NCBI RefSeq assembly: GCF_024502345.1
Contig: NZ_JALDNN010000001.1
DNA length: 64,000 bases
From: Escherichia coli
GTDB taxonomy: Bacteria; Pseudomonadota; Gammaproteobacteria; Enterobacterales; Enterobacteriaceae
Direction: 5' to 3' (one strand)
Program-made: the position numbers and the translations under genes
Part shown: piece after piece, positions 52,901 to 64,000 of the stretch
Numbering within the stretch: the stretch's first letter is position 1
Layout: each line of letters starts with the position of its first letter
The notes under the pieces: generated by a model
Seen by the model: only the letters and a program-made list of their open reading frames with translations
Databases searched by the model: none
What the model was told of the DNA's origin: nothing

Positions 52901-53316
52901 CCCAACAGAGGCGGAACAATGGCGCTGCCGAGTGCCAGACGCAGCCAGTCAGCCAGATTTTGCAAGGGGTTATACCACGGCAGCAATTTACGTAGCAGCA
53001 CTGCCCCGACCACGGCTTCAACCATATTGATGGTCGTCCAGGTCATGTTCAGCGAGCTGGTGGAAAAAAGCAGGATGGATGCGGCGATATTTCCCAGCGA
53101 ACAGCTCAGCGCAATTCCCGGCCACATGCGCCCGGCATGGCGATAAAACGCCACCATCATGATGGACGTCGGGAACCACAGTGGGGCGAGTTGGGTGCCA
53201 AACTGCGAAAGCTCAAGCGAGAAAAGGGTAAAGATAAACGAGACTAAACCTAAACTGACCAGGTGAAGCAGCGGGTGGGGCAGGGCAATTAATACATGCT
53301 GTGATTGTTTGCTCAT
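49999..53316 (-). pseudogene. dgcE: Diguanylate cyclase DgcE (YegE) reading frame, interrupted by one in-frame amber (TAG) codon
   Basis: Minus-strand ORFs 51661-53316 (551 aa: membrane N-terminus and PAS) and 49999-51615 (538 aa: PAS, GGDEF with RLGGDEFGLLL, EAL) are in the same frame; only stop between them is TAG at 51661-51663; 551+1+15+538 = 1105 codons. Confidence 0.7.
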
Positions 53317-53633
53317 TACCGCTTTATCCGCAAGACCAGGTCGCCAGTATTCGTTTCTGTGTTTATGCTAGTACAAAAGTTTTACATTTTATATGCGAAT
53401 TGCTCATAAAGTGACGTAAAGGCGGATAATTTGCGCAACTGCGTATAACATTTTTTACCTTACATAAAACTGATCAACGTAATTTGCCACCGGGAATTCT
53501 TTGTCAACAATTAACTCTGAGCGCGCGGCAACGCTATTCGACTGGTATCAGACGGATGAAATCCCTATAATTGCCGCGTTTGGCGCTTCGTCGCCCCCTT
53601 CCTAACATCCAGGTTAATCAGGTCGCTAAATAT

Positions 53634-54275
53634 ATGACTGATCAGTCTCATCAGTGCGTCATTATCGGTATCGCTGGCGCATCGGCTTCCGGCAAGAGTC
53701 TTATTGCCAGTACCCTTTATCGTGAATTACGTGAGCAAGTCGGTGATGAACACATCGGCGTAATTCCCGAAGACTGCTATTACAAAGATCAAAGCCATCT
53801 GTCGATGGAAGAACGCGTTAAGACCAACTACGACCATCCCAGCGCGATGGATCACAGCCTGTTGCTTGAGCATTTACAAGCGTTGAAACGCGGCTCGGCA
53901 ATTGACCTGCCGGTTTACAGCTATGTTGAACATACGCGTATGAAAGAAACGGTGACGGTTGAGCCGAAGAAGGTCATCATTCTCGAAGGCATTTTATTGC
54001 TGACGGATGCGCGTTTGCGTGACGAACTTAACTTCTCCATTTTCGTTGATACCCCGCTGGATATCTGCCTGATGCGCCGCATCAAGCGTGACGTTAACGA
54101 GCGTGGGCGTTCAATGGATTCCGTGATGGCGCAATATCAAAAAACCGTGCGCCCGATGTTCCTGCAATTCATTGAGCCTTCTAAACAATATGCGGACATT
54201 ATCGTGCCGCGCGGCGGGAAAAACCGCATCGCGATCGATATATTGAAAGCGAAAATAAGTCAGTTCTTTGAATAA
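53634..54275 (+). CDS. udk: Uridine/cytidine kinase Udk (213 aa)
   Basis: Start at [22 protein letters not shown] with P-loop; 213 aa. Confidence 0.95.
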
Positions 54276-54366
54276 GCTTGATAAATTGTGTACCGTTCAG
54301 TGATAACCTGGTATGCCCTTGACGTAATTGGCGTTAAGGGAGTGATGCGCGAAAGGAGAAAATGCC

Positions 54367-54948
54367 ATGCGTCTGTGTGACCGAGATATTGAAGCCTGGC
54401 TTGATGAAGGCCGTTTGTCGATCAACCCACGTCCGCCAGTGGAGCGTATTAACGGCGCGACGGTGGATGTACGCCTGGGCAATAAATTTCGTACCTTCCG
54501 TGGTCACACGGCAGCGTTTATCGATCTGAGCGGTCCCAAAGATGAAGTGAGCGCCGCGCTTGACCGCGTGATGAGCGATGAGATCGTTCTCGACGAGGGC
54601 GAGGCGTTCTATCTTCACCCAGGAGAGCTGGCGCTGGCGGTGACGCTGGAGTCGGTGACGCTGCCAGCCGATCTGGTGGGCTGGCTGGACGGGCGTTCCT
54701 CTTTGGCGCGTCTGGGGCTGATGGTGCACGTCACCGCGCACCGTATCGATCCGGGCTGGTCTGGTTGCATTGTGCTGGAGTTCTACAACTCCGGTAAGCT
54801 GCCGCTGGCGCTGCGTCCGGGCATGTTAATTGGTGCGCTGAGCTTTGAGCCGCTTTCCGGCCCGGCGGCGCGACCTTACAACCGCCGTGAAGATGCGAAA
54901 TATCGCAACCAGCAGGGCGCGGTAGCCAGCCGAATCGATAAAGACTAA
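54367..54948 (+). CDS. dcd: dCTP deaminase Dcd (193 aa)
   Basis: [24 protein letters not shown]-terminus; 193 aa. Confidence 0.95.
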
Positions 54949-54969
54949 TTCAGGCCCATTGAGGATACC

Positions 54970-56823
54970 ATGAGACGATTTCTGACGACGCTGATGATAC
55001 TCCTGGTCGTGCTGGTGGCCGGGTTATCTGCGTTAGTGTTGCTGGTGAATCCGAATGATTTCCGCGACTATATGGTCAAGCAAGTTGCTGCACGTAGCGG
55101 TTATCAATTGCAGCTCGACGGGCCACTGCGTTGGCACGTCTGGCCGCAGCTTAGTATCCTCTCCGGGCGAATGTCTCTCACCGCCCAGGGCGCAAGCCAG
55201 CCACTGGTTCGCGCCGACAACATGCGTCTGGACGTGGCGCTTTTACCACTACTGAGTCATCAACTGAGCGTTAAGCAGGTGATGCTAAAAGGGGCAGTGA
55301 TCCAACTGACGCCGCAGACGGAAGCGGTGCGCAGTGAAGACGCTCCGGTTGCACCGCGCGACAATACCTTGCCGGATCTGTCAGACGATCGCGGATGGTC
55401 GTTTGATATATCCAGTCTTAAGGTGGCGGACAGCGTGCTGGTGTTCCAGCATGAAGATGACGAGCAGGTGACAATCCGCAATATTCGCCTGCAAATGGAA
55501 CAAGATCCCCAACATCGTGGTTCATTTGAGTTCTCCGGGAGGGTTAATCGCGATCAGCGCGATCTCACGATATCCCTTAACGGTACGGTAGATGCTTCTG
55601 ATTATCCGCATGATTTAACGGCGGCTATTGAACAAATTAACTGGCAGTTGCAGGGTGCAGATTTACCAAAACAAGGTATTCATGGGCAGGGGAGTTTCCA
55701 GGCCCAGTGGCAGGAGTCACATAAACGCCTTTCATTTAACCAAATCAGCTTGACCGCCAATGACAGCACGCTGAGCGGGCAAGCACAGGTCACGCTGACA
55801 GAGAAACCTGAATGGCAGCTGAGACTGCAATTCCCGCAACTGAATCTTGACAACCTCATCCCGCTTAATGAAACCGCTAATGGTGAAAACGGTGCCGCGC
55901 AGCAGGGGCAGAGCCAATCAACGTTGCCGCGCCCGGTTATTTCTTCGCGTATTGATGAACCGGCCTATCAGGGACTGCAAGGCTTTACGGCTGATATTTT
56001 GTTGCAGGCCAGTAACGTGCGCTGGCGCGGAATGAATTTTACAGATGTTGCCACGCAAATGACCAACAAGTCGGGTTTGCTGGAAATTACTCAACTGCAG
56101 GGCAAGCTTAACGGTGGACAGGTTTCACTGCCGGGCACGCTGGACGCGACATCAATAAATCCGCGGATAAACTTCCAGCCACGGCTGGAGAACGTTGAGA
56201 TTGGTACCATTCTGAAGGCGTTTAACTATCCGATTTCGTTGACCGGAAAGATGTCACTGGCTGGTGATTTCTCCGGTGCTGACATAGATGCCGACGCATT
56301 CCGCCACAACTGGCAAGGACAGGCACATGTCGAAATGACCGACACGCGCATGGAAGGGATGAACTTCCAGCAGATGATTCAGCAAGCGGTAGAACGTAAT
56401 GGTGGTGATGTGAAGGCCGCTGAAAACTTCGATAACGTAACGCGTCTTGACCGCTTTACCACCGATTTGACGTTGAAGGATGGCGTCGTGACGTTAAACG
56501 ACATGCAAGGTCAATCGCCTGTGCTGGCGCTGACAGGGGAAGGCATGTTGAATCTGGCAGATCAAACCTGCGACACCCAGTTTGATATTCGGGTCGTGGG
56601 TGGCTGGAGCGGGGAAAGCAAACTGATTGATTTCCTCAAAGAAACGCCAGTACCGCTGCGGGTTTATGGCAACTGGCAGCAACTCAATTACAGCCTGCAG
56701 GTGGATCAGTTACTGCGCAAACATCTACAGGACGAAGCGAAACGTCGCCTGAATGACTGGGCCGAGCGGAATAAAGATTCCCGCAATGGCAAAGATGTGA
56801 AGAAGTTGCTGGAGAAGATGTAG
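54970..56823 (+). CDS. asmA: Outer-membrane assembly protein AsmA (617 aa)
   Basis: 617 aa, N-terminal TM anchor, follows dcd. Confidence 0.95.
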   Translation: MRRFLTTLMILLVVLVAGLSALVLLVNPNDFRDYMVKQVAARSGYQLQLDGPLRWHVWPQLSILSGRMSLTAQGASQPLVRADNMRLDVALLPLLSHQLSVKQVMLKGAVIQLTPQTEAVRSEDAPVAPRDNTLPDLSDDRGWSFDISSLKVADSVLVFQHEDDEQVTIRNIRLQMEQDPQHRGSFEFSGRVNRDQRDLTISLNGTVDASDYPHDLTAAIEQINWQLQGADLPKQGIHGQGSFQAQWQESHKRLSFNQISLTANDSTLSGQAQVTLTEKPEWQLRLQFPQLNLDNLIPLNETANGENGAAQQGQSQSTLPRPVISSRIDEPAYQGLQGFTADILLQASNVRWRGMNFTDVATQMTNKSGLLEITQLQGKLNGGQVSLPGTLDATSINPRINFQPRLENVEIGTILKAFNYPISLTGKMSLAGDFSGADIDADAFRHNWQGQAHVEMTDTRMEGMNFQQMIQQAVERNGGDVKAAENFDNVTRLDRFTTDLTLKDGVVTLNDMQGQSPVLALTGEGMLNLADQTCDTQFDIRVVGGWSGESKLIDFLKETPVPLRVYGNWQQLNYSLQVDQLLRKHLQDEAKRRLNDWAERNKDSRNGKDVKKLLEKM

Positions 56824-56829
56824 GTTACC

Positions 56830-56895
56830 AGGTGACCAGTCCTGTAGGCCTGATAAGACGCGTAAAGCGTCGCATCAGGCGTTCGTGGCGGCATC
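56830..56895. repeat. REP palindromic element
   Basis: gtaggcctgataagacgcgtaaagcgtcgcatcaggc. Confidence 0.75.
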
Positions 56896-57115
56896 ATTAT
56901 ATTCTGAATATGTAAGATCGAAGGCTGTTCCGTTCACTTGATGTTCCTCGCTACTATGGAACGCTCAAGCCGGTGAACGTGCCATGGTGGCTCAATCTCC
57001 ACCACCCTGGCAACCCGGGCCCACACCCCCGCTGTGATGTCCGTTTACCACAGACAACGCTTCATTGCTGAAGTTATAAGGCGTTACGCAGCATCGGGTA
57101 AAATGACCGATACCA

Positions 57116-58699
57116 TCACACCTCGTACTCCATCTCGCCATCCTTACGCAGCGGTATAATCTGCACCTTCTGCACGCGATGGCTTTCTACCTGCAACGTT
57201 TTAAGCAAATAATCCCCCACCTGAACTTCTTCGCCAGGTTTTGGAATACGCTGCAAATACTCCATCAACAGCCCGGCAATGGTGTGATATTCACGTTTTT
57301 CATCCAGCGGCAGCGGCACATATTGCACCAGATCCTCCAGCGGCATATGACCATTCGCCGTCCAGGAACCGTCCGCATTTTTCTGAATATCATGGCGGGC
57401 GTCGATCTCTTCCACTTCGTTCGGTAAGTTACCGGCAATGGTTTCAGTGACGTCACTTAATGTCACAATCCCTTCCACCGAGCCAAACTCATCCACTACA
57501 AAAGCAAAGTGCGTGCGGGCATTACGGAACTGCTCCAGGGCAGGTAACAACGGCAAGGTTTCCGGGAACACCAGCGGCTGGCGAATCAACACCCGCAGGT
57601 TGAGCGGTTCGCCGCGCAGTGACTGTTGTAGCAGGTCGATAACGTGAACAACACCGAGCAAATCTTCTGCGTCATCACCGTCGGTAACCACCAGCCGCGT
57701 ATGCTGATTTCGCTCCAGTAACTGGCGGATCTCGTCTTCCGGCGCGTTGAGATCGATATGCTCAATATCGTGGCGCGACGTCATAATGCTGCTGACGGTA
57801 CGCTGGTTAAGATTTAGTACCCGCTCAATCATCCGCCGTTCCTGCGGATTAAAGATCTGCTGGTTACCATGATCCACCAGCATGGACGCGGTTTCGGCGT
57901 CCAGTTCCGCATCTTCTTTTTGCCCGCTAAGCAGGCGCATTACCGCTTCGGTAGTCCGCTGGCGTAGCGTCTGGTTAGCGGAAAGAAAACGTCGCCGGTT
58001 AAAGATAGCCAACTGATTGAGCGCCTCGATCATCACCGAGAAACCAATGGCAGCGTACAGGTAGCCTTTCGGAATGACGAAGCCGAAACCTTCTGCCACC
58101 AGGCTAAAGCCAATCATCAACAGGAAGCTTAAGCAGAGAATAACGATGGTCGGGTGACTGTTAACAAATTGCGTTAACGGCTTGCTGGCCATCAACATCA
58201 GGCTGATAGCGATAACCACGGCGGCCATCATGACCAGTAAATGGTCGACCATCCCGACGGCGGTAATCACTGAGTCGAGTGAGAAAATGGCGTCCAGTAC
58301 CACAATTTGCGTCACCACGCCCCAGAACTTCGCACCTTTGCGTTGTGTGGGATTATTGCTGTCTTTCCCTTCCAGCCGTTCGTTCAGCTCCATCGTGGCT
58401 TTGAACAACAGGAATAAACCACCAAACAGCATGATTAAGTCGCGGGCGCTAAAGGTAAACGAGCGGAAGCTGAACAGCGGTTGAGTCAGGGTGACCAGCC
58501 AGGAGATTGACGCCAGCAGTAACAGGCGCATTAACATTGCCAGCAGCAGCCCGGTAACCCGTGCGCGGTCACGCTGCTTCGGCGGTAGTTTTTCGGCGAG
58601 GATGGCAATAAAGACCAGGTTATCAATGCCGAGGACCAGTTCGATCACAATCAGCGTGATTAACCCGGCCCAGATAGACGGATCGGCAATCCATTCCAT
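57116..58699 (-). CDS. yegH: TerC/CBS/CorC-domain inner membrane protein YegH (527 aa)
   Basis: Start placed at [16 protein letters not shown] within ORF 57116-58765; multi-TM N-terminal half and CBS/CorC-like C-terminal half. Confidence 0.9.
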   Translation of the reverse strand: MEWIADPSIWAGLITLIVIELVLGIDNLVFIAILAEKLPPKQRDRARVTGLLLAMLMRLLLLASISWLVTLTQPLFSFRSFTFSARDLIMLFGGLFLLFKATMELNERLEGKDSNNPTQRKGAKFWGVVTQIVVLDAIFSLDSVITAVGMVDHLLVMMAAVVIAISLMLMASKPLTQFVNSHPTIVILCLSFLLMIGFSLVAEGFGFVIPKGYLYAAIGFSVMIEALNQLAIFNRRRFLSANQTLRQRTTEAVMRLLSGQKEDAELDAETASMLVDHGNQQIFNPQERRMIERVLNLNQRTVSSIMTSRHDIEHIDLNAPEDEIRQLLERNQHTRLVVTDGDDAEDLLGVVHVIDLLQQSLRGEPLNLRVLIRQPLVFPETLPLLPALEQFRNARTHFAFVVDEFGSVEGIVTLSDVTETIAGNLPNEVEEIDARHDIQKNADGSWTANGHMPLEDLVQYVPLPLDEKREYHTIAGLLMEYLQRIPKPGEEVQVGDYLLKTLQVESHRVQKVQIIPLRKDGEMEYEV

Positions 58700-59167
58700 A
58701 GTAAGTACAAAACCTATTCGTTGTATGACAAATGTCACAATTCGATCATGGATAAATCGGGGCAAAAATGCAATGTTGCAGCACTATTTATCTCATATTA
58801 TTTGAGGGTAATAACCTCACATTATCCCTGAATTAAAAGTGGTAATAATAAAACATTATTTAAGAAATATCGCATGTGGAGACACTATATTAAATATTGT
58901 CAACCTAAAGAAACTCCTAAAAACCATATTGAATGACACTTAATATAATTCTTAAAAATAGCCAATTACCGAATTGTTATCTTGCCTGCTATTCCGTTAG
59001 CTGTAACACTTCCTCCTGCATTATTGGAAAGCCAATATTCAATTACCATAATGTCACCTTATATTCGGAAGTTAATTTCCGTAATAACCCTTTCTCATCA
59101 ACGACTGCATGCTGAGAGGGTGTGAAAAATTAAACTAAATCAGTGTATTGGTAGCTAAAAAGCCAGG

Positions 59168-59179
59168 GGCGGTAGCGTG
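59168..59179 (+). promoter_or_regulatory. ops element (GGCGGTAGCGTG) within a JUMPstart-like leader upstream of wza
   Basis: Exact 12-mer GGCGGTAGCGTG about 180 nt upstream of the wza start codon. Confidence 0.6.
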
Positions 59180-59357
59180 TCTGGATGCCTGAAAGACCAG
59201 TCTGAATTATTCTGTCAATAGCCTGCGGATGAAATCAATTTTTTTAGGACTGATGCCAGTTAAATTTTTATTCAATTAACTGCAAGGTAAATGTGCATGG
59301 CGACATTGCTATTAATAGTGCACAGGATAATTACTCTGCCAAAGTGATAAATAAACA

Positions 59358-60497
59358 ATGATGAAATCCAAAATGAAATTGATGCCATTATTGGTGTCAG
59401 TAACCTTGATAAGCGGTTGCACAGTACTTCCGGGCAGCAATATGTCGACGATGGGCAAAGACGTCATCAAACAGCAGGACGCTGATTTCGATCTCGACAA
59501 AATGGTGAATGTTTATCCGCTGACCCCGCGCCTGATTGACCAATTACGCCCACGCCCGAATGTAGCGCGCCCCAATATGACGCTGGAAAGTGAGATCGCG
59601 AATTACCAGTATCGCGTCGGGCCGGGGGACGTTCTTAATGTCACCGTCTGGGATCACCCGGAACTCACCACGCCAGCCGGTCAGTACCGCAGCTCCAGCG
59701 ACACCGGCAACTGGGTACAGCCTGACGGCACTATGTTTTACCCGTATATCGGCAAGGTCCACGTAGTCGGGAAAACGCTCGCTGAAATCCGCAGTGATAT
59801 TACCGGGCGCTTAGCGACGTACATCGCTGACCCGCAGGTGGACGTTAATATCGCCGCCTTCCGCTCACAAAAGGCCTATATCTCCGGTCAGGTGAATAAA
59901 TCCGGTCAACAGGCGATCACCAACGTGCCACTGACTATTCTCGACGCCATCAACGCCGCAGGTGGCCTGACCGACACCGCTGACTGGCGCAACGTGGTGT
60001 TAACACACAATGGTCGTGAAGAACGCATTTCTTTGCAGGCGCTGATGCAAAACGGCGACCTCAATCAGAACCGACTGCTTTATCCCGGCGATATTCTCTA
60101 CGTGCCGCGTAATGATGATCTGAAAGTGTTTGTGATGGGTGAAGTGAAGAAACAGAGCACCCTGAAAATGGACTTTAGCGGCATGACCCTGACTGAAGCC
60201 CTGGGCAATGCTGAAGGCATCGACATGACCACCTCCAACGCCAGCGGCATCTTTGTCATTCGTCCGCTGAAAGGCGAGGGCGGGCGTAACGGCAAGATTG
60301 CCAATATCTACCAGCTGGATATGTCCGATGCGACGTCGCTGGTGATGGCGACAGAATTCCGCCTGCAACCTTATGACGTGGTGTATGTCACCACCGCCCC
60401 GGTTTCCCGCTGGAACCGTCTGATCAATCAGTTGCTGCCAACTATTAGCGGTGTCCGTTACATGACGGATACAGCCAGCGACATTCATAACTGGTAA
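59358..60497 (+). CDS. wza: Colanic acid export outer membrane lipoprotein Wza (379 aa)
   Basis: Signal peptide with lipobox LISGC; 379 aa. Confidence 0.95.
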   Translation: MMKSKMKLMPLLVSVTLISGCTVLPGSNMSTMGKDVIKQQDADFDLDKMVNVYPLTPRLIDQLRPRPNVARPNMTLESEIANYQYRVGPGDVLNVTVWDHPELTTPAGQYRSSSDTGNWVQPDGTMFYPYIGKVHVVGKTLAEIRSDITGRLATYIADPQVDVNIAAFRSQKAYISGQVNKSGQQAITNVPLTILDAINAAGGLTDTADWRNVVLTHNGREERISLQALMQNGDLNQNRLLYPGDILYVPRNDDLKVFVMGEVKKQSTLKMDFSGMTLTEALGNAEGIDMTTSNASGIFVIRPLKGEGGRNGKIANIYQLDMSDATSLVMATEFRLQPYDVVYVTTAPVSRWNRLINQLLPTISGVRYMTDTASDIHNW

Positions 60498-60502
60498 TCG
60501 TC

Positions 60503-60946
60503 ATGTTTAACAACATCTTAGTTGTCTGTGTCGGCAATATTTGCCGTTCCCCGACGGCGGAACGCTTACTGCAACGTTATCACCCGGAGCTGAAAGTGGA
60601 GTCCGCTGGACTCGGCGCGCTGGTCGGTAAGGGCGCTGATCCTACCGCTATCAGCGTCGCCGCAGAACATCAACTGTCTCTGGAAGGTCACTGTGCACGG
60701 CAAATCAGCCGCCGCCTGTGTCGCAACTATGACCTGATTTTGACCATGGAAAAGCGCCATATCGAACGCTTATGCGAGATGGCACCTGAGATGCGCGGCA
60801 AAGTGATGCTGTTTGGTCACTGGGATAACGAATGTGAAATCCCCGATCCGTATCGCAAAAGCCGGGAAACGTTTGCAGCGGTGTACACATTACTTGAACG
60901 GTCTGCCCGCCAGTGGGCGCAGGCATTGAACGCAGAGCAGGTATAA
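60503..60946 (+). CDS. wzb: Low molecular weight protein-tyrosine phosphatase Wzb (147 aa)
   Basis: CVGNICRSP P-loop motif; 147 aa. Confidence 0.95.
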   Translation: MFNNILVVCVGNICRSPTAERLLQRYHPELKVESAGLGALVGKGADPTAISVAAEHQLSLEGHCARQISRRLCRNYDLILTMEKRHIERLCEMAPEMRGKVMLFGHWDNECEIPDPYRKSRETFAAVYTLLERSARQWAQALNAEQV

Positions 60947-60948
60947 GA

Positions 60949-63111
60949 ATGACAGAAAAAGTAAAACAACATGCCGCTCCGGTAACGGGCAGTGATGAAA
61001 TCGATATTGGTCGCCTGGTCGGCACCGTCATTGAAGCGCGCTGGTGGGTGATTGGCATCACCGCTGTATTTGCCCTCTGTGCTGTGGTTTACACTTTCTT
61101 CGCCACGCCGATTTATAGTGCCGACGCACTGGTACAAATCGAACAAAACAGCGGCAATTCGTTAGTGCAGGACATTGGCTCGGCATTAGCCAACAAACCG
61201 CCTGCATCGGACGCCGAGATCCAGTTGATTCGTTCGCGTCTGGTGCTTGGTAAAACGGTGGACGATCTAGACCTCGATATTGCGGTGAGCAAAAACACGT
61301 TCCCGATTTTCGGTGCGGGTTGGGATCGCCTGATGGGACGTCAGAACGAGACGGTGAAAGTGACCACCTTTAACCGCCCGAAAGAGATGGCGGACCAGGT
61401 GTTTACGCTTAATGTGCTGGATGACAAAAACTACACTCTGAGCAGTGATGGCGGCTTTAGCGCCCGTGGGCAAGCGGGCCAGATGCTGAAAAAAGAAGGC
61501 GTCACGCTGATGGTTGAAGCCATTCACGCCCGCCCGGGCAGTGAGTTTACCGTCACCAAATACTCCACGTTGGGGATGATCAACCAACTGCAAAACAGCC
61601 TGACGGTAACGGAGAACGGCAAAGACGCAGGCGTACTGAGCCTGACTTATACCGGTGAAGATCGCGAACAGATCCGCGACATTCTTAACAGCATCGCCCG
61701 TAACTATCAGGAACAAAATATTGAGCGCAAATCGGCGGAAGCGTCGAAAAGCCTCGCTTTCCTCGCGCAACAGTTACCGGAAGTACGTAGCCGCCTCGAT
61801 GTTGCCGAAAACAAACTGAATGCCTTCCGTCAGGATAAAGATTCTGTTGATCTGCCGCTGGAAGCGAAAGCGGTGCTCGATTCGATGGTGAACATCGACG
61901 CGCAGTTGAACGAACTGACCTTTAAAGAGGCGGAAATCTCCAAGCTGTACACCAAAGTTCACCCCGCGTACCGCACGCTGCTGGAGAAACGTCAGGCGCT
62001 GGAAGACGAAAAAGCCAAACTTAATGGTCGCGTAACGGCGATGCCGAAAACCCAGCAGGAAATTGTCCGTCTGACCCGCGATGTCGAGTCTGGTCAGCAG
62101 GTCTATATGCAACTGCTGAATAAAGAGCAGGAGCTGAAAATCACCGAAGCCAGCACCGTCGGCGATGTGCGCATTGTTGACCCGGCAATCACCCAGCCAG
62201 GTGTACTGAAACCGAAGAAAGGGCTGATTATCCTTGGGGCGATTATTCTTGGCCTGATGCTCTCTATCGTGGGTGTGCTGCTGCGCTCGTTGTTTAATCG
62301 CGGCATCGAAAGCCCGCAGGTGCTGGAAGAACACGGTATCAGCGTCTATGCCAGCATCCCGTTGTCGGAATGGCAGAAAGCGCGCGATAGCGTCAAAACC
62401 ATCAAAGGGATTAAACGCTATAAACAGAGCCAGCTACTGGCGGTGGGGAATCCAACCGATCTGGCGATTGAAGCCATCCGTAGTCTGCGTACCAGTTTGC
62501 ACTTCGCGATGATGCAGGCGCAGAACAATGTGTTGATGATGACCGGGGTTAGCCCGTCAATCGGTAAAACCTTTGTCTGCGCCAACCTGGCGGCGGTGAT
62601 CAGCCAGACCAATAAACGCGTGTTGTTGATCGACTGCGATATGCGCAAAGGCTACACCCACGAGCTGTTGGGCACTAATAACGTTAATGGCCTGTCGGAA
62701 ATTCTGATTGGTCAGGGCGATATTACTACCGCTGCTAAACCGACCTCTATTGCCAAATTTGACCTGATCCCGCGCGGTCAGGTGCCGCCAAATCCTTCTG
62801 AACTGTTGATGAGCGAACGCTTTGCCGAACTGGTGAACTGGGCGAGTAAAAACTATGACCTGGTGTTGATTGATACGCCGCCGATTCTGGCAGTGACCGA
62901 TGCGGCAATTGTTGGTCGTCATGTTGGAACCACGTTAATGGTGGCGCGTTATGCGGTCAACACATTGAAAGAAGTGGAAACCAGTCTGAGCCGCTTTGAG
63001 CAAAACGGTATTCCGGTGAAAGGGGTGATTCTGAACTCCATCTTCCGCCGCGCCAGCGCGTATCAGGATTATGGCTATTACGAATACGAATATAAGTCGG
63101 ATGCGAAATAA
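60949..63111 (+). CDS. wzc: Tyrosine autokinase / polysaccharide co-polymerase Wzc (720 aa)
   Basis: Start at MTEKVKQHAAP within ORF 60913-63111; Walker A GVSPSIGKT; Tyr-rich C-terminal tail YQDYGYYEYEYKSD. Confidence 0.95.
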   Translation: MTEKVKQHAAPVTGSDEIDIGRLVGTVIEARWWVIGITAVFALCAVVYTFFATPIYSADALVQIEQNSGNSLVQDIGSALANKPPASDAEIQLIRSRLVLGKTVDDLDLDIAVSKNTFPIFGAGWDRLMGRQNETVKVTTFNRPKEMADQVFTLNVLDDKNYTLSSDGGFSARGQAGQMLKKEGVTLMVEAIHARPGSEFTVTKYSTLGMINQLQNSLTVTENGKDAGVLSLTYTGEDREQIRDILNSIARNYQEQNIERKSAEASKSLAFLAQQLPEVRSRLDVAENKLNAFRQDKDSVDLPLEAKAVLDSMVNIDAQLNELTFKEAEISKLYTKVHPAYRTLLEKRQALEDEKAKLNGRVTAMPKTQQEIVRLTRDVESGQQVYMQLLNKEQELKITEASTVGDVRIVDPAITQPGVLKPKKGLIILGAIILGLMLSIVGVLLRSLFNRGIESPQVLEEHGISVYASIPLSEWQKARDSVKTIKGIKRYKQSQLLAVGNPTDLAIEAIRSLRTSLHFAMMQAQNNVLMMTGVSPSIGKTFVCANLAAVISQTNKRVLLIDCDMRKGYTHELLGTNNVNGLSEILIGQGDITTAAKPTSIAKFDLIPRGQVPPNPSELLMSERFAELVNWASKNYDLVLIDTPPILAVTDAAIVGRHVGTTLMVARYAVNTLKEVETSLSRFEQNGIPVKGVILNSIFRRASAYQDYGYYEYEYKSDAK

Positions 63112-63115
63112 CGAC

Positions 63116-63176
63116 GCCTGCATTCGCACCGCCCCGTAGGCCGGATAAGGCGCTCACGCCGCATCCGGCAAGCAAA
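63116..63176. repeat. REP palindromic element between wzc and wcaA
   Basis: gcctgcattcgcaccgccccgtaggccggataaggcgctcacgccgcatccggcaagc. Confidence 0.7.
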
Positions 63177-63203
63177 CCAGCTCATAAGCCGGGAGAACAA
63201 CCT

Positions 63204-64000
63204 ATGAAAGATAATCCGCTGATCTCAATCTATATGCCAACCTGGAACCGCCAACAACTGGCGATTCGGGCGATAAAATCGGTCCTGCGCCAGGACTACA
63301 GCAACTGGGAGATGATCATCGTGGATGATTGCTCCACCTCCTGGGAACAACTGCAACAGTACGTCACCGCCCTCAACGATCCGCGTATCACTTACATCCA
63401 CAACGATATTAACAGCGGGGCGTGCGCGGTACGTAACCAGGCTATTATGCTGGCGCAAGGGGAATACATTACCGGGATCGATGACGATGACGAATGGACA
63501 CCCAACCGCCTGAGCGTCTTCCTCGCCCATAAACAGCAACTGGTCACTCACGCCTTTTTGTACGCTAACGACTACGTATGCCAGGGAGAAGTTTATTCCC
63601 AACCAGCAAGCTTACCACTGTATCCCAAATCGCCGTACTCACGCCGCCTGTTCTATAAACGCAATATCATTGGCAATCAGGTTTTTACCTGGGCGTGGCG
63701 TTTCAAAGAGTGCTTGTTCGATACCGAACTGAAAGCAGCACAGGATTACGACATCTTCCTGCGGATGGTGGTGGAGTATGGCGAACCGTGGAAAGTGGAA
63801 GAGGCGACGCAGATCCTGCATATCAATCACGGTGAAATGCAGATCACCTCGTCACCGAAAAAATTCTCCGGGTACTTCCACTTTTACCGCAAGCACAAAG
63901 ATAAATTTGACCGTGCAAGCAAAAAATATCAGCTGTTTACCCTCTACCAGATCCGCAATAAACGTATGACCTGGCGCACTTTGCTGACGCTGCTGTCGGT
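63204..64000 (+). CDS. wcaA: Colanic acid glycosyltransferase WcaA, 5' part (runs off window end)
   Basis: MKDNPLISIYMPTWNRQ... family-2 glycosyltransferase N-terminus; open frame to the end of the window, so absent from the ORF track. Confidence 0.85.
   Translation, partial: MKDNPLISIYMPTWNRQQLAIRAIKSVLRQDYSNWEMIIVDDCSTSWEQLQQYVTALNDPRITYIHNDINSGACAVRNQAIMLAQGEYITGIDDDDEWTPNRLSVFLAHKQQLVTHAFLYANDYVCQGEVYSQPASLPLYPKSPYSRRLFYKRNIIGNQVFTWAWRFKECLFDTELKAAQDYDIFLRMVVEYGEPWKVEEATQILHINHGEMQITSSPKKFSGYFHFYRKHKDKFDRASKKYQLFTLYQIRNKRMTWRTLLTLLS

Overview
This 64 kb window is an Escherichia coli chromosomal segment with a K-12-like backbone, read in reverse orientation relative to the usual K-12 map. 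Positions 1 to about 29,070 are the right-hand part of a P2-like (Peduovirus) prophage: replication gene A, a cos site, Q/P, the O-N-M-L capsid genes, X, the Y-K-lysA-lysB-lysC lysis cassette, R-S, the V-W-J-I-H-G tail genes, FI-FII-E/E'-T-U-D and ogr, ending at an att core that overlaps the 3' end of the sRNA gene cyaR. The int-C-cox-B side lies upstream of the window. The host backbone follows: yegQ, a ParD/ParE-like toxin-antitoxin pair, yegP, baeR-baeS, mdtD-C-B-A, three tandem ibs/sib type I toxin-antitoxin units, yegL, yegK (frameshifted), yegI, yegD, alkA, dgcE/yegE (interrupted by an in-frame amber codon), udk, dcd, asmA, yegH, and the start of the colanic acid operon (wza, wzb, wzc, partial wcaA). 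The best candidates for an undescribed system are the AT-rich cargo insertions at the prophage's variable positions. The G/FI (Z/fun) position holds a 604-aa orphan protein followed by a degenerate mcrA-like HNH gene. The S/V junction holds a 251-aa protein with an HNH-type motif, translationally coupled to S. The A/cos (tin/old) position is reduced to about 1 kb with only small ORFs. All identifications rest on reading the translations and on remembered family knowledge; no database search was run.
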